Shown in pieces: positions 26,120 through 38,500 of a stretch of 64,000 nucleotides of DNA. The translations under genes were made by a program, and so were the position numbers. Source of the DNA: Trichoplax adhaerens (Eukaryota > Animalia > Placozoa); assembly GCF_000150275.1 (NCBI RefSeq), contig NW_002060944.1:2394152-2458151 (forward strand), read 5' to 3'. The first letter of the stretch is position 1. Every line of letters starts with the position of its first letter. The notes below the pieces were generated by a model. That model did not search any database. It was given only the letters and a program-made list of their open reading frames with translations, and was not told where the DNA came from.

Positions 26120-29100
26120 ATGGTAAGTATTTCGGACTTATATAAACATTTCATTATCACAGAGTTAACGAACGATTGTGAAATTACTGTAGTACTAAAA
26201 TTACAATATTATCGAGATTAATAGCCATTAGTTGTGGAGTCAATTTTTTTGGCCGTAATTAATAAATCGCCATCATGTTTTGATAAATAAAAATAAAATT
26301 TCTTAATTTATGTAGTCAAGCTAATTTAAGCTTTGCATCCAACTGTAGCGCACATTAATAATTCCGATGGTGATCAAGGATTTAACTTCAATGCTAAACC
26401 CGTAGAACTACAATTGATAATTTAATGATAATGCAAGAATCGACAATAAACATAAATTAAATTAAAACTCAAGAAATTGATTGTAATTGGCTAAATTACC
26501 AATATAGTATTGCGTCACCGGTTCGCCTCTCATGAATCTTGTTTAATCGTTCTGATAGTTATAATTTATGTTATAAGGTTAATATTTAGCTATCTCTGCA
26601 GTTGTTATAAATTAGTAAAATGTTTACATCACATCCTTATCGCTTTGTTGAAGTAATACATAGACTAGTAGTGTTCTAAAGTTTTTATGTATCTAAGATT
26701 TCAACTAACACTTCGGATGCCTTCAGTGATAGGACCGGCGACAGGATCTTAGATTTTGTCGAATTATTGGTTACTCGCTTGCATTATTTGTTTGTGTATT
26801 TATTAATTCAAATACTATATAACATCTCTTAATAAATTCCTTTTACACATATAGAAACTCGAATCATTACCTACATATCCAATTCAATCTATGGTGGCGT
26901 ATTTGTTAGCTGCTATTGTTGCTGTATGCATTATAGTATACTTGTTAGGATGTATTTGGTGTCGACGTAAAGAAATGAGCGCAATTGATGCAGCTGAACT
27001 ATCAGCTCTAGTTACAAGCAGGAAAATGGCTAAAAGATATTATCGCATTAAAAGATCAAAACAAGAAGTCAAGAAATTATCTTTAGATTTTCCTTCCTTG
27101 GATAATCCTCAAAACAAGACAGTAAAAACAGATAAGATTAATTATAATTCAACTTCTTGGTCAGCTCGTGGTCGGCATAATGGTGTATTACATCAGCATC
27201 ATTTAAGTGATAGCGAGATACCGGTGACTGAATTATCATCGACCGTACAGACTTCTAATTTGGGCTCAGGTACTAATTTGCCGAGGGTGCTACAGAGAAG
27301 TTATAGCGCTGATTTAAACTTGAAAGAAGCGCAATCAACTCGAGAAGAATTAAATAAAATTTTTCAAATAAAAAGCAAAATGCTAGTTAAACAGCTGAGC
27401 AAGCGAGGACCATCGAAGGTATGCTAAATTAGGAATTGATAATTTTAACAATTAGAATTATGAAACACACAGGTATAACATTATTAGAATTATTTACTAT
27501 TACGTATGTACAGTGTACAGTAAGATAGTTGAAACGATAAGCAGTTACCTAGACGTACTACACGCAGTGTTAAGATGAGATCATGTAGTGGATTTACTAA
27601 GATAAGAGTATGATACGGTATTGCGGATATAACGCGGCATAATGTGTGGCCTCTTAGACTGTAGTTAGTATTTAAAAGGCAGTAGATCTTAAGTAAAGGC
27701 AGAATTAGTAAGCTTACCAGGTGGAGTATATCTGCGTCAATTTACCCCCATCGTTAACGTCTATGCAGCGAACACAACGTTTACTACATAATTTAATGGA
27801 AAAGCTTGAAGTTTTTGAAAAGATTGCATAATACGTATTACAGAATAAAAATAACATTACCATTCGTATAATTAGCGATGATAAGTAATTGTAAGAATCT
27901 ACTTTGCCTAGGCTAACACCCTACCCAAAAATTATAAGGATTTATCAGTCAGTGGATCCATCCAGTTTACACTCAAGTATAATGAAACAGAGCAAACTTT
28001 ATTCGTAAACGTGGTTAGCATTCTTAATCTGCTTGAGAAAGAGCACAAGAATTTGTGTGATCCATTTGTTATGATTCAAATTTTGCCTCAAGACGGTGAT
28101 ACCTTGACAGGAGTCACAAAAATCAAGCGCAAGACTATTCAACCTGTATTTAATACAACGTTTTGCTTTAAAGGAACAGTAAGAGATCTTAAAAGGAAAT
28201 CAATAGAATTTTTAGTTTTAGATTACAACAAACAAAAACCACACAAAATTTTGGGTCAAGTTTTATTTCCTTTGGGTTTCTATGCCTTCAAAGAAGAATT
28301 ATCATTGCATTGGAAACGACTGGGAGTATGTCCTAAGGTAATGAATAAGTAGATAATTTTGCTTTAAATAAAATAAAATGTATTTAAGTTCCTGTTTAAC
28401 TTCCGAATATTTTCTTAAAAAGACATCTTATTGATCAAAGACAACCTACAAAATTGAATTCTGTTGCTTTGTAGTTAAGAGTTATTGCTACTTCGAAGCT
28501 ATGTTCTAATGATAAAGATTAAACTTGTATATTGTACGGTAACTTTAGATATTAATATTTCTACATACTCACCATAAATCAATATGAATTGGAATATAAG
28601 ATAGATTATGTAAAGGCTGTTTATGCTAGTACTTGTATATAATGATACTGCACAACTGTAAATCGACAATATACTCCTATTTCCAATGTTAAATTATTGT
28701 TTCATTATTGCATAGGAATTTCCGAGCCCTGGCGAAATACAGTTATCTCTTAGACACGTGCCATCAGAGGCAAATGATGAGGAATTAATCGTCGTTGTTC
28801 ACCAAGCAAGAAATTTGTTACCAATGGATATCAATACCAGCTTATCGGGTAAAGCACGCATTAATAGGGCGGATGCAGCATTTACGCCGACATCTATTAC
28901 AAAAAAACGTCTTGTATTAATTAGAAAACTCGTATATTCATTATATTCAATCTCGATAAAAATGCACGTATTTTAATACTTTCTCAGTGTCATATGTAAA
29001 ATTATGCTAAAAATTTCATAAATATTGGACTATAAGGGTGTGCTTTATTTTTATCTAACCAACATTATAATATTCATACGCTGTTGTAGACGCTCTTGTG

Positions 29101-29406
29101 GAAATCACTATTAATACGTCCAGAATACAGACACAGAAAAGAAAAACACAAACCGAAAGGCGATCTTTGAATCCCATCTATGAAGAAACCTTCCATTTTA
29201 AGGTGTCATCTATGGAATTGGCGAGTGCAACGATTAGATTTGATGTTATACATGATCAAGCCCCTATTGAATATTATACCATTGGTTACATTATTATGGA
29301 AGGGAGTCCATCTATTGGAAAGGATATCCAAGGGCCCTTCTTCTTGCATTCCCTTCAGTCAACTGAAATCAGTAAGATTTGGTTTCCCTTGAACATACAC
29401 GTATGA
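26120..29406 (+). CDS. Synaptotagmin-family protein (short lumenal N-terminus, TM, linker, C2A, C2B), probably Ca2+-independent
   Basis: Inferred exons: ATG|gtaagt (26120-26122), 26698-26769, 26855-27418, 27912-28337, ~28717-28847, ~29090-29406. TM MVAYLLAAIVAVCIIVYLLGCIWC followed by RRK. C2A GSIQFTLKY...CDPFVMIQILP...TKIKRKTIQPVFNTTF; C2B GEIQLSLRH...VVHQARNLLPMD...KRKTQTERRSLNPIYEETFHF. Confidence 0.85.
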
Positions 29407-30266
29407 TGCCGTTTCGTTATGGTGTGATGAACAAGGCTACCTATATTTTAGATAATAATTTCTCGTATTTATGCCGCCCATATTGCCTCAAATTATAATT
29501 ATAATTATCGATGGGGCAATTATTTAAAATTATGAAAGTGATTTAGGATCCGCCTACTTGGGCGTGGCGACCACAATTATAGAATCTTACGGAACTATTA
29601 CATATATTACGAAGGTATAAGAAATTATCTCTGGGTGTCTTATTATTAATACAGGATGTTTCGATCCTTTACTCATATATTAATGTTAAATATTATCGTA
29701 ATTTAAAACTGTTCCAAAATTTTGTAAAAAGCTGCCTACTAACATTTTTAGGCCAGCACTAACACTATGCATATTTACTGTGTTACAAGCAATATTTATA
29801 ACCACCCTATGAGAATTAAATAAGCCTAATACCTAATGCAATGAGGTAATACTGCATTATATGTGCGTCATGGGAGAAAATTTAGAAAAAATTCAAATCA
29901 ATGCGTTTAAAGAAATGTGCAGGAAACATATAAAACCACTTTTACAACATGGTACTTGTTTAATTAGCTATTTGTTATCTGCTAAATAAACAATCGCTAT
30001 TCTATATAATTTCAAGGCTGCACAAAATTTATTTCAGTATTAAAAAGCGGCCAAGTTATACACAGATATATAGTCAATTGTAAATGGTTAGGCAATCTAG
30101 GTATCATTTATTGATGGTAGTATAGAAAGAGGCAAAGGAATGTACCAGGGTAGATTAAATCAGAAGTAAAGATCTGACTTTGCAACCGAAGTACTAATTA
30201 TTTGTGGATTTGTAATATATGAGAAGTTTCATAAAAGTAGCATCATCATTATTGCTAGTATTATTT

Positions 30267-31812
30267 TTAGCTTTGATTGTTGGTAGCTTTTGGAATCCAT
30301 CCTTTCCTTTGAGGAATACCAACTTGCAGGGATTCTACCCAATCACCAGTTTTCGCGAAGTGAAGTAGTATATCGAACACTGACGTTCAATTTATGTTAA
30401 AAACGCGAGGAATTGAGTCTCTTTAAAACTTTGATTTTATTCATGTTAACGAAACTGATTCATACCTTGATTGATCGATAAGACCTGATTGTATGTTCCT
30501 TTTTCAGCTTTCATCATGTACTCCGGGATTGGTAAGCGGCATGTAGCGACTTCACATTGCATTCCATAATGCAGTGATATGCGCTTAAAGGTAGAAATAA
30601 TAAACGTGTGTTATACCTCTCTCACCAGTAACTGCAGGTGCAAAAGTACTACCGCTACCATATATTTTAACATACTTTACGAATGCTTTCATCAACGATG
30701 CCACCTAGAACATATACTTTACTTGAGTCAATTTTTCTTAATACTATTAGTGGAATATATTGATATCAAGTTAGAATCAGTTCAAAAAAGCATATTACGG
30801 CACATGTTTAATTCCATAAAGGCAGTAATTATCCGTTACAGTACAGGCTACTTAAATATGCAGTCTTCCCTAATACTAGCTATGAGTTACCATTCTTTGA
30901 GTCAGGTGACATAACAACAATCTCTTCCGGAGGAAATAACTCTAAAACACTTTCGGTAGTTACATCAATCTATTTTCACACACGTATAATTAACAGGTTT
31001 AGGAGATTAAGGGCTACAATTTCTAATTTTATAGCTTACGTACGATGTCCGTTATATTTAGTTATTCCATTTTATTTAAATATATAAAAAACCTTATAAT
31101 TTTGGAATCCATGGTGAAATTCCGTGCATCGCTGATACAATTCATCTTCTTGTCCAAATCTTGTAAAATAGATATGCCAAGGATCCTCTGCGATGCAATT
31201 AGAACCATATAGTCTACCAACCTGATTGCATAACTTAGATATTTCCTGAAATTGATGTTAATGATTTTAATGACTTTTCAAAACAAGTTTCCTAAAACAT
31301 CATTAGAGATATGTAAATATCGAAAGAAAAAAGTAAAGTAAAATAGTGGATACCTTGTTAGTCATACCCTCAGTTAACCCCATGTCGATAACAATTCTTT
31401 GACCACTACACATAGCGGTACGTAATCTTCCATCTCTTAATATGTGCCGCTGCCTTTTCGTAATATAATCTAAGTATGTAGTTATATACGAATAAGTGAT
31501 ACTACCGTACGAACACATTTGAGTCTGACGACAGAAACAATTTTGGATCCTAAACGAAACTATACGACGAAAAAATATCGAGAAGCTTATACTTGATCAT
31601 ACCGTCGGTAGTTTCTCTAAGTGGTTGATCTAGTTTTTTTAGCTTTTTCTTTTCCCGCTCTTGTTGCTTTTTAAAAGTCAGTTTAATCTGCAGTTGTAAT
31701 GCATTACAATAATTATATTATGTACAACTATCATTTCTCGTCATAGAAGATGCATATGCGCAAAACTGACTTTCATTTGCTTCCGTTTCTTCTCTCGTTT
31801 CGTACCAGACAT
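30267..31812 (-). CDS. TRMT10B: Trm10 SPOUT tRNA purine-9 N1-methyltransferase, TRMT10B-like (C-terminal half of the putative fusion)
   Basis: Spliced translation: RIVIDMG...MTNKEISKLCNQVGRLYGSN...HIYFT...VVMSPDS...VYVLGGIVDESIRK...CRLPIPEYM...VLSINQVFDILL...DWVESLQVGIPQRKG, stop TAA at 30267-30269. Confidence 0.88.
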
Positions 31813-31923
31813 CTAATTTTTAACAGAATAAGCGGTAAAGCTATTAATTTCATTAGAAATCCTAGATAATAAAGTATTACTGACTACATTATATGAACTC
31901 TACAAAATCTCTAGCAAACATAC

Positions 31924-34245
31924 CGTTGATGTTAGAGGTGATGTAAGATTTCTTAAATCGTCTATAGTTTTTATCTGACGGTAGTAAAGTTCCGTATCTA
32001 ATGGAAATAATTAGCATATGAGTTTAACTCCATGCTGTGCTAAATAGCGATTGCAATTAAATGTAATAACTATGCCAAACCAGAATGACAACGCCAAACA
32101 GGAATTGATACTGAAGCGCCATCAGTATTGCTCGATTCACTTTCTTCAACCTATTTCAATTTTATTAATGTTTCTTTAATATATTTAAGGATTAGGTCAT
32201 GAACAACAATTACAATCCAGTAAATTTTAAACGTGTCTTTTTAGCTTAGACCAACGTATAAAAGTACTTGAATTGCAAACGACCTTAATTAAATTTTCCT
32301 TCAACTTCTCAATAGCCGCAACTATCGCTTCGTAGGTCCAAGCATGATGAAGCTCTTTCTTTAGATTTATAGCTGCTTCATCATCTGTTTTATTTATACT
32401 AAATTACAACTGTTTAATTAGCTCATATCTGCGATTGTTCTAGAGCCATATTATAAATTCTATAGCCATCTACTATGTTATTACTTACTAGTTATTCCAA
32501 AGTGCATAAATATAAAGTCTAATTTTCTGTGGTGACATTGGATATTGGCGGCATAAATCTAAAAATTCTTTGCTTGTATCATATAATGATGGATTTAATC
32601 CAGTAAATAGGCCAGGATTATGCAAAATATTCACTGTAACATACATTAATTTGAAATTTAACAATAGATAGAGTAACAGTAAACCGAATTTAAGAAATTT
32701 TAAATTGATTTTGTTGGAATAATGAAATAAATATAAGAAGTTGCAATATCTACGCCAAATAAACGATAGTAAAGTTTCTCACGAAATATCTACCATGTTT
32801 AATTAGGTATTAAAATACGAATATCAGCGCATATACTCGTATGTATTTAACTAATATTATGAGATAACGCTAATTTATAATATAACTGCGGATTTTAAGT
32901 TTATAAATATAGATCTGATTAATGATTTATGGAGCAAATTAGTACCGTGCGACATAATCCCCTGAGCGCCAGTATATTCCAGACAAAGATCAGCTTCAGC
33001 TAAAGTACTGATATCACTACAAGCAAAGACTGGAATGACCACAGAATCCCTAGAACGGGGAAGATAGAAGCCGTTTAAAAAATTATTATGCAAGTTTCAT
33101 ATCTATAAGATAGACAGTCTCTTCTTTTCCGTAGATTACTTGACAGCTTTAACAATATTCCAATCATCCAAGCGAAAACGAGGCTCTTTATGACGACAGC
33201 CGATAGATAGTAATTGACATCCGGCGCTTTCTAGACGTTTTGCATATTTTATCAGACTTGAGCTATCCTTGTCAGCTGCAATTTTAATTTTACAGGCTAC
33301 AGGCATGTTTAAATTATCTCTTAATAATGAAATCATTCTTTGTAGTAGTTGAAAGTCCTTCCCAACAGCTTGATTTAATATAGTCTTAGCTAAGGAAAGA
33401 ATAAAAAATAAATAATACAGAGGCTAGGTTTTAATTTAACGGATTAATTCAACAATTGTAAATTTCATCTTTCAAATTTGATTAAGAGTTTCCAAATTTA
33501 GTAGAACTAACCATTAGTCTCAGAATGCAGGGTTAGGTCGATAGCATCGCAAAGACTGTCAACTCTTTCTGCTGCTTGTAGCATGCGGTTAGGATCTCTT
33601 GAACATAGCTACAGTAAACGTGTCATCACAACTTAATATAAAGTACTAAAATAGATGATCCTTCAAGTATTGCCAACAATCAATTTAAGGTCTACGAAAT
33701 ATAAATTGAACATACATATACTGTACAGTAAATAGTTACACGTGCATAGTTTATAGGACACCTGTCTTACTACTATTAATTTCACCTGAACAATTAGCGG
33801 TCTATCTTGAAAGTTATTCGCATTTAAGAAATGATATTTATAGCTATCCCAGTCATTTAGGATTTCCTCTGCTTTCAATAACGGTGTATAAAATAATTGC
33901 ACATTATGGTGTCGACACAATAACCTGAAAGCAAGGTCTAATGAAAAGTATCCATCGTTAGTAAGATACCTTGATTCGCATATAGGCGAACTTAAGTTCT
34001 ATCAATTTTTAAATCGGATTATTGACGTGTTGGTATAGATAGTAATAAGATGTTGATATGCATAGCCAAATACATGTAATTGTATTACTTATACATTCAC
34101 TGATACTCCTCTTTTAGGAACGCTTGCAGATCACACCTGGTATGTGTTCCCTAGGACCCACTGCATAACGACATGCTTTTATCGTTTTTCTCCACAATTC
34201 AAATCCATTCCTGTACGGGTTGCCAATTGAGGATGATGCAGCCAT
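31924..34245 (-). CDS. DUS1L: DUS1L-like dihydrouridine synthase domain with degenerate active site (N-terminal half of the putative fusion)
   Basis: ATG at 34245. GFELWRKTI...DLAFRLLCRHHNVQLFYTPLL...DRPLIVQLCSRDP...CDAIDL...MPVACKIK...YAKRLESAGCQLL...WNIVKAVKDSVVIPVFA...TGAQGIMS...LHNPGLF, collinear with Dus1/DUS1L. Confidence 0.85.
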
Positions 34246-34903
34246 ACTTTACGAGTAAGTAGGAACTGAGGTCTTATTAAAAATTTCTGGAATAGAAAAT
34301 TATGGCCATAGGATAACTACACAATATATTTATAATTGTTAACTCAGTATTATGCCTTTGCACCTTCGTATGTTTTCGTGGAGCTAGTGATCCCTTAGAA
34401 TCATATCAAAACTACCATTCCGTCTGATTTACAGGATACCACCGCAATTCACATGTCATACATTGCCGTTGCACTTGCAAGCACGAAGGAGCAGCTACTA
34501 CTGAACTTACTTGCAGTATTAGACTGTAGTTAAAACTGTTCCTGAAAGGAGTGAGATATAGTATTGTACTGTACAGTCTAAAAAGATCTACAATACGGAC
34601 AAACAGACACACAGACATTAAAATCAATCATTCAAATCATTTTCTTTTAGCGGCCAAGATTAATTGACTACTGCAGGCTGGACCAAATTTTTGGAGAAGA
34701 ATTTTAGCTGAAGTTTTTCTCCCATCCGTTAATAGATCTCCATTCAAATTAACTATTAACCTAGTAGCGTGTACGAGCATTAATATTTACCTCATTTAGC
34801 GAATTTTCTGCATTGTCAACAGTAAGTGTACAGTAGAGTACAGTACAGTATACTTAAACTGCTAAATACTGATTCATGCGTTAGTATAGTAGGTATATCA
34901 TAT

Positions 34904-35210
34904 ACACTTGTGGTAAAGAACTAGAGCATACATAGTGCGAAGAGAGAATGAATTACATATATAGGATGGTAAAGTCCACTCCATATACTCGAATGCTAAT
35001 ATCAACCAATGATTATTTAATTACCAACAGTCAAAAGGAAGTCAACATTGATGTAAACACTTGTGACGAAGAACTTAAGCAATCACAGTGCGAAGTGAGA
35101 ATGAATTACATATGTAGGTTGATAAAGTTCACTCCACATACTCGAATGCTAATATCAGCCAGTAATTATTTAATTACCAACAGTCAAAAGGAAGTCAACA
35201 TTAATGTAAA
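34904..35210. repeat. Diverged 153-bp tandem duplication (2 copies) containing a hairpin
   Basis: atgaattacatat...actcgaatgctaatatca...attatttaattaccaacagtcaaaaggaagtcaacatt occurs at 34948 and again at 35101. Confidence 0.9.
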
Positions 35211-35501
35211 TATACGAGTATTGTCTAGTATCCGAAAATTATTATTATTATAATCATTAAATAATCAAATTTAAGCTAGTAAATTGTCTTATGTTAGATT
35301 TTTTCGACTAAATTGGCTTTTATTTGGATTGTGTAAAGTTACTGGTGTCGGTCAGCATATAATAAGAGCATGTAACAATGCAATACGTGTATATGTTATT
35401 ACAGAGAATAGTAGATCGAAAAGTGTTGAAATCGGATAAAACTATAATATACATTAAAACATTAAATTATTTATTACGTACGGCTATGTACATTACAGTA
35501 A

Positions 35502-38500
35502 TCACCCTTTTGGAGAGGGTATATATCTATTAGATGCTACGTGTTCTTTTAAATATTCTCCACCTTTTTCTTCATAATCAGATCGTGTTATACTAACAGA
35601 CTGCAGGTCGTCTTGGTCAAGAAGCCATTGCTTTGCACCATACCATACGTCTGACATCATATCATCTATCAAAATCAAAGTTATCACGTGGTAATTATAA
35701 TTACTTCCAGTAAATGAGTTAATACAATAAAATAAGACATGATACGTTATCTATACCGGCAAATGCTATTTTAAAATCTGATCTAAAAGGACGAATTTCG
35801 CGTAGTTCATTTTTCAATCTGTCATCAAAATTAGGGTATTGCAAATTTCCACCGGTAACAAAGATATTCTATAAATTTTTTAAAACGTTAGTTACAGCAA
35901 TAGCCGATATATATAGACTACTCAATCGTTTACCTGAGCCAGTAAATTCTGAACATTGTCTGGATAATGCTTTAGTACAAAGGCAATAGTGCTATGCAGT
36001 CCGGCTTGCTCCACACCTCGAATAGACGGCTGAAATAGCATTTCGGTGACCCTAGTTTGATAGATTATGTCTCAGTATCATTTCTACGAGAAGAATGTAA
36101 TGCATAAGAACGAGTATGTACCGCATTCTCTCGATTCCAATGTCAAGCTGGTAGCGCGTAGCTACGTCTGCTGGTTCTGGTGAATTATCTTCTATCTCTC
36201 TTCCATTTGATAACATATGTACGCAAATATATTAGCATGTATACAATATAGCATTCAATAAGTGTAAGAACATGCATCAGTAGCTATATGACAATATGAA
36301 AATGGGACTATCGATATCTTATTTATAAATATATCCATGCTATTCTCTTACTTTCTAAAATTTTCGTCATACAGTTTCAGTAATGATTCTAATTCATTTA
36401 AACGAGTTTCTTCTTTCTCACTATCGCTATTATCCAAATTCTAAATCAAATTAACGATTCTTAAGTACATTGATGTCAGCTTTAAGTAATTAGCGTACTA
36501 CATTAATAATTAAAATAAGAGAAAAAAGCAAAACTATTTCGTAGCATTCGGATTATACGCGTAGACCCACAATTGCCTTATAAACCATCCAGTCTTCATC
36601 ATTTTGACCAAACGTATCCTCTTCATTTTTAGAACCCTTAACGCCCTTCCCGGAGGCTACTTAAGAAGTGATAACAGATTACAGTTATAGTAAAATTGCA
36701 TAAGCTTATAATCAAGGAATTGTAATGGTATGCAGGAGTACAGTAGCAGTACAATTTACCCCCAGTATTGTCGGCCAACTTTGTAATAATTCGCATTCTT
36801 TCTTGGGCCGCATGGCTTCTTCGTGAAGCCATGTTCTGCTTCAAAGATCGACGCTGTTGACGCTGATTCAATATTTCCTGAGAATAATAGTGATAAAAAT
36901 AATAAAATTCTTATACATGAAGATTACTTGTACAGTATACACATTGCTAAACATAAATTTACTTCTCGTTGTTGCCGGATTCCTTCCAGCCATCCGTCAA
37001 AGTCTTCTAGACGTTTTTGTTCTTCTTCTCTTTCCTGTGCTTCTTTTTGAGCTTTCCGCTCATCTCTCTCACGCTTAGCCCTTTCTCTACCAATACTGGC
37101 ATTTTTTAGCATCCTTTGCCTTTTCTTTTTTTCTATTTGCTCAGATGTTAATTCCTCATCCGGTATATCAAGGAGGTCATATACCGCTTTAGTTGCTGAT
37201 CTCTATAGTGAAAAATGTTTAGGACAGGACAGGAATGAATAAGAAATTATTGTAAAATAAAGTATAGCAGCATTATCATAGCTATTTTCGATTTTATAGA
37301 CGGAATAACGAAAAACATTACTTTTATAGGTATTTCTAAGAGATAAAAATTTACTGTTGGGTCATCATCATGATACCTTATTGCTATTACTTTGACCATT
37401 ACTATTAGTAGCCTTTTCGCGTCTCTTGGCAATAGAAGCTTTTAAACGATCAATTTCGAAATTTAACTCCTACAATTTGAAGATCATATTATTGGGGACA
37501 TTGATGCAACCTGAGTATATATCGAGAGATGTACCTCTACACCTTCAAGCTCTGCCTCTTCCAATGCATCCTATCATATCAACAAATCGGTATTACTATT
37601 ATGAAATTATTAATCTTTATGCTATCGAATACTACAGAACAGTATCATTATTGCTATATTTGTAGTAAGTTATTATCGTAATTTTAGCACTCAGCTTACC
37701 CACAGCTCATCTTCTTGGCCTTCTAGTTCTTTTATCTTTTGCAATTGCTGCAATTTCTTTTCTTCTACAGCAAGCTTTCAAGTAATGGCTCATGTAAGTC
37801 GTAAACCATATTTCAAATAAGCGTGAATAAAATTTAAATTATATTTACCATTTTGTCACGCCGACGGGCATTAAGTTCTTGCAATCTTTGCCCTTGTTTC
37901 TGCCGCCTTAATTTTTCTTTTTCTTCACATTTCCCATTGGAATTAGTAGTGCTAGTAATTGGATTAAATGGTAACTGGATTTTACGTGCATTTTGACGGT
38001 AGAATGAAGGTGATGACCATTGATCTAGAGCATCATTGTAATTGCTAGCGACATAAGCATAATCATGTACCAATTCCTGAAGCAAATAGTGCATTGAGTA
38101 TACGCTTTTAATTTTACATATTAGGATTTTTACTTCAAAAGAAAAAAATGATGAAGACTACAACCTGGGCTCTTGATAAAGTAATCAAAGAGGCATGTTG
38201 GGGATATTTTAGTTGTAATAACCTTTGCATTAATATCGTGGAATATGCTCCACCGATATTTATCCTAAAAAGTATTATTATCGTTAGAAATACAATTACA
38301 AACGCTATAAAATTGCAATTGACTACAATAATTTTATTAACAATAAGCAGACCTTTTACAATTAGCAGCGTCAAGCATGCCATCAACAAAGGGCAATACA
38401 TGTGTTGTTTGATATCCAGATGATATTATTAAGGCCGTATTAGCTAGCGAACCTACGAATATATGAAATTTAAGGAAAATTTCGTCGTGTCTGAACATTT

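Noticed and set aside
30579-30914. Plus-strand 111-aa ORF, and other antisense ORFs overlapping real exons (e.g. 50120..50425, 4006..4257, 38148..38423)
   Set aside because: Antisense shadows of the exons and introns of well-supported genes.
34948-35253. 101-aa ORF with an internal repeat
   Set aside because: It arises from the 153-bp duplication (a multiple of 3) and shows no recognisable homology.
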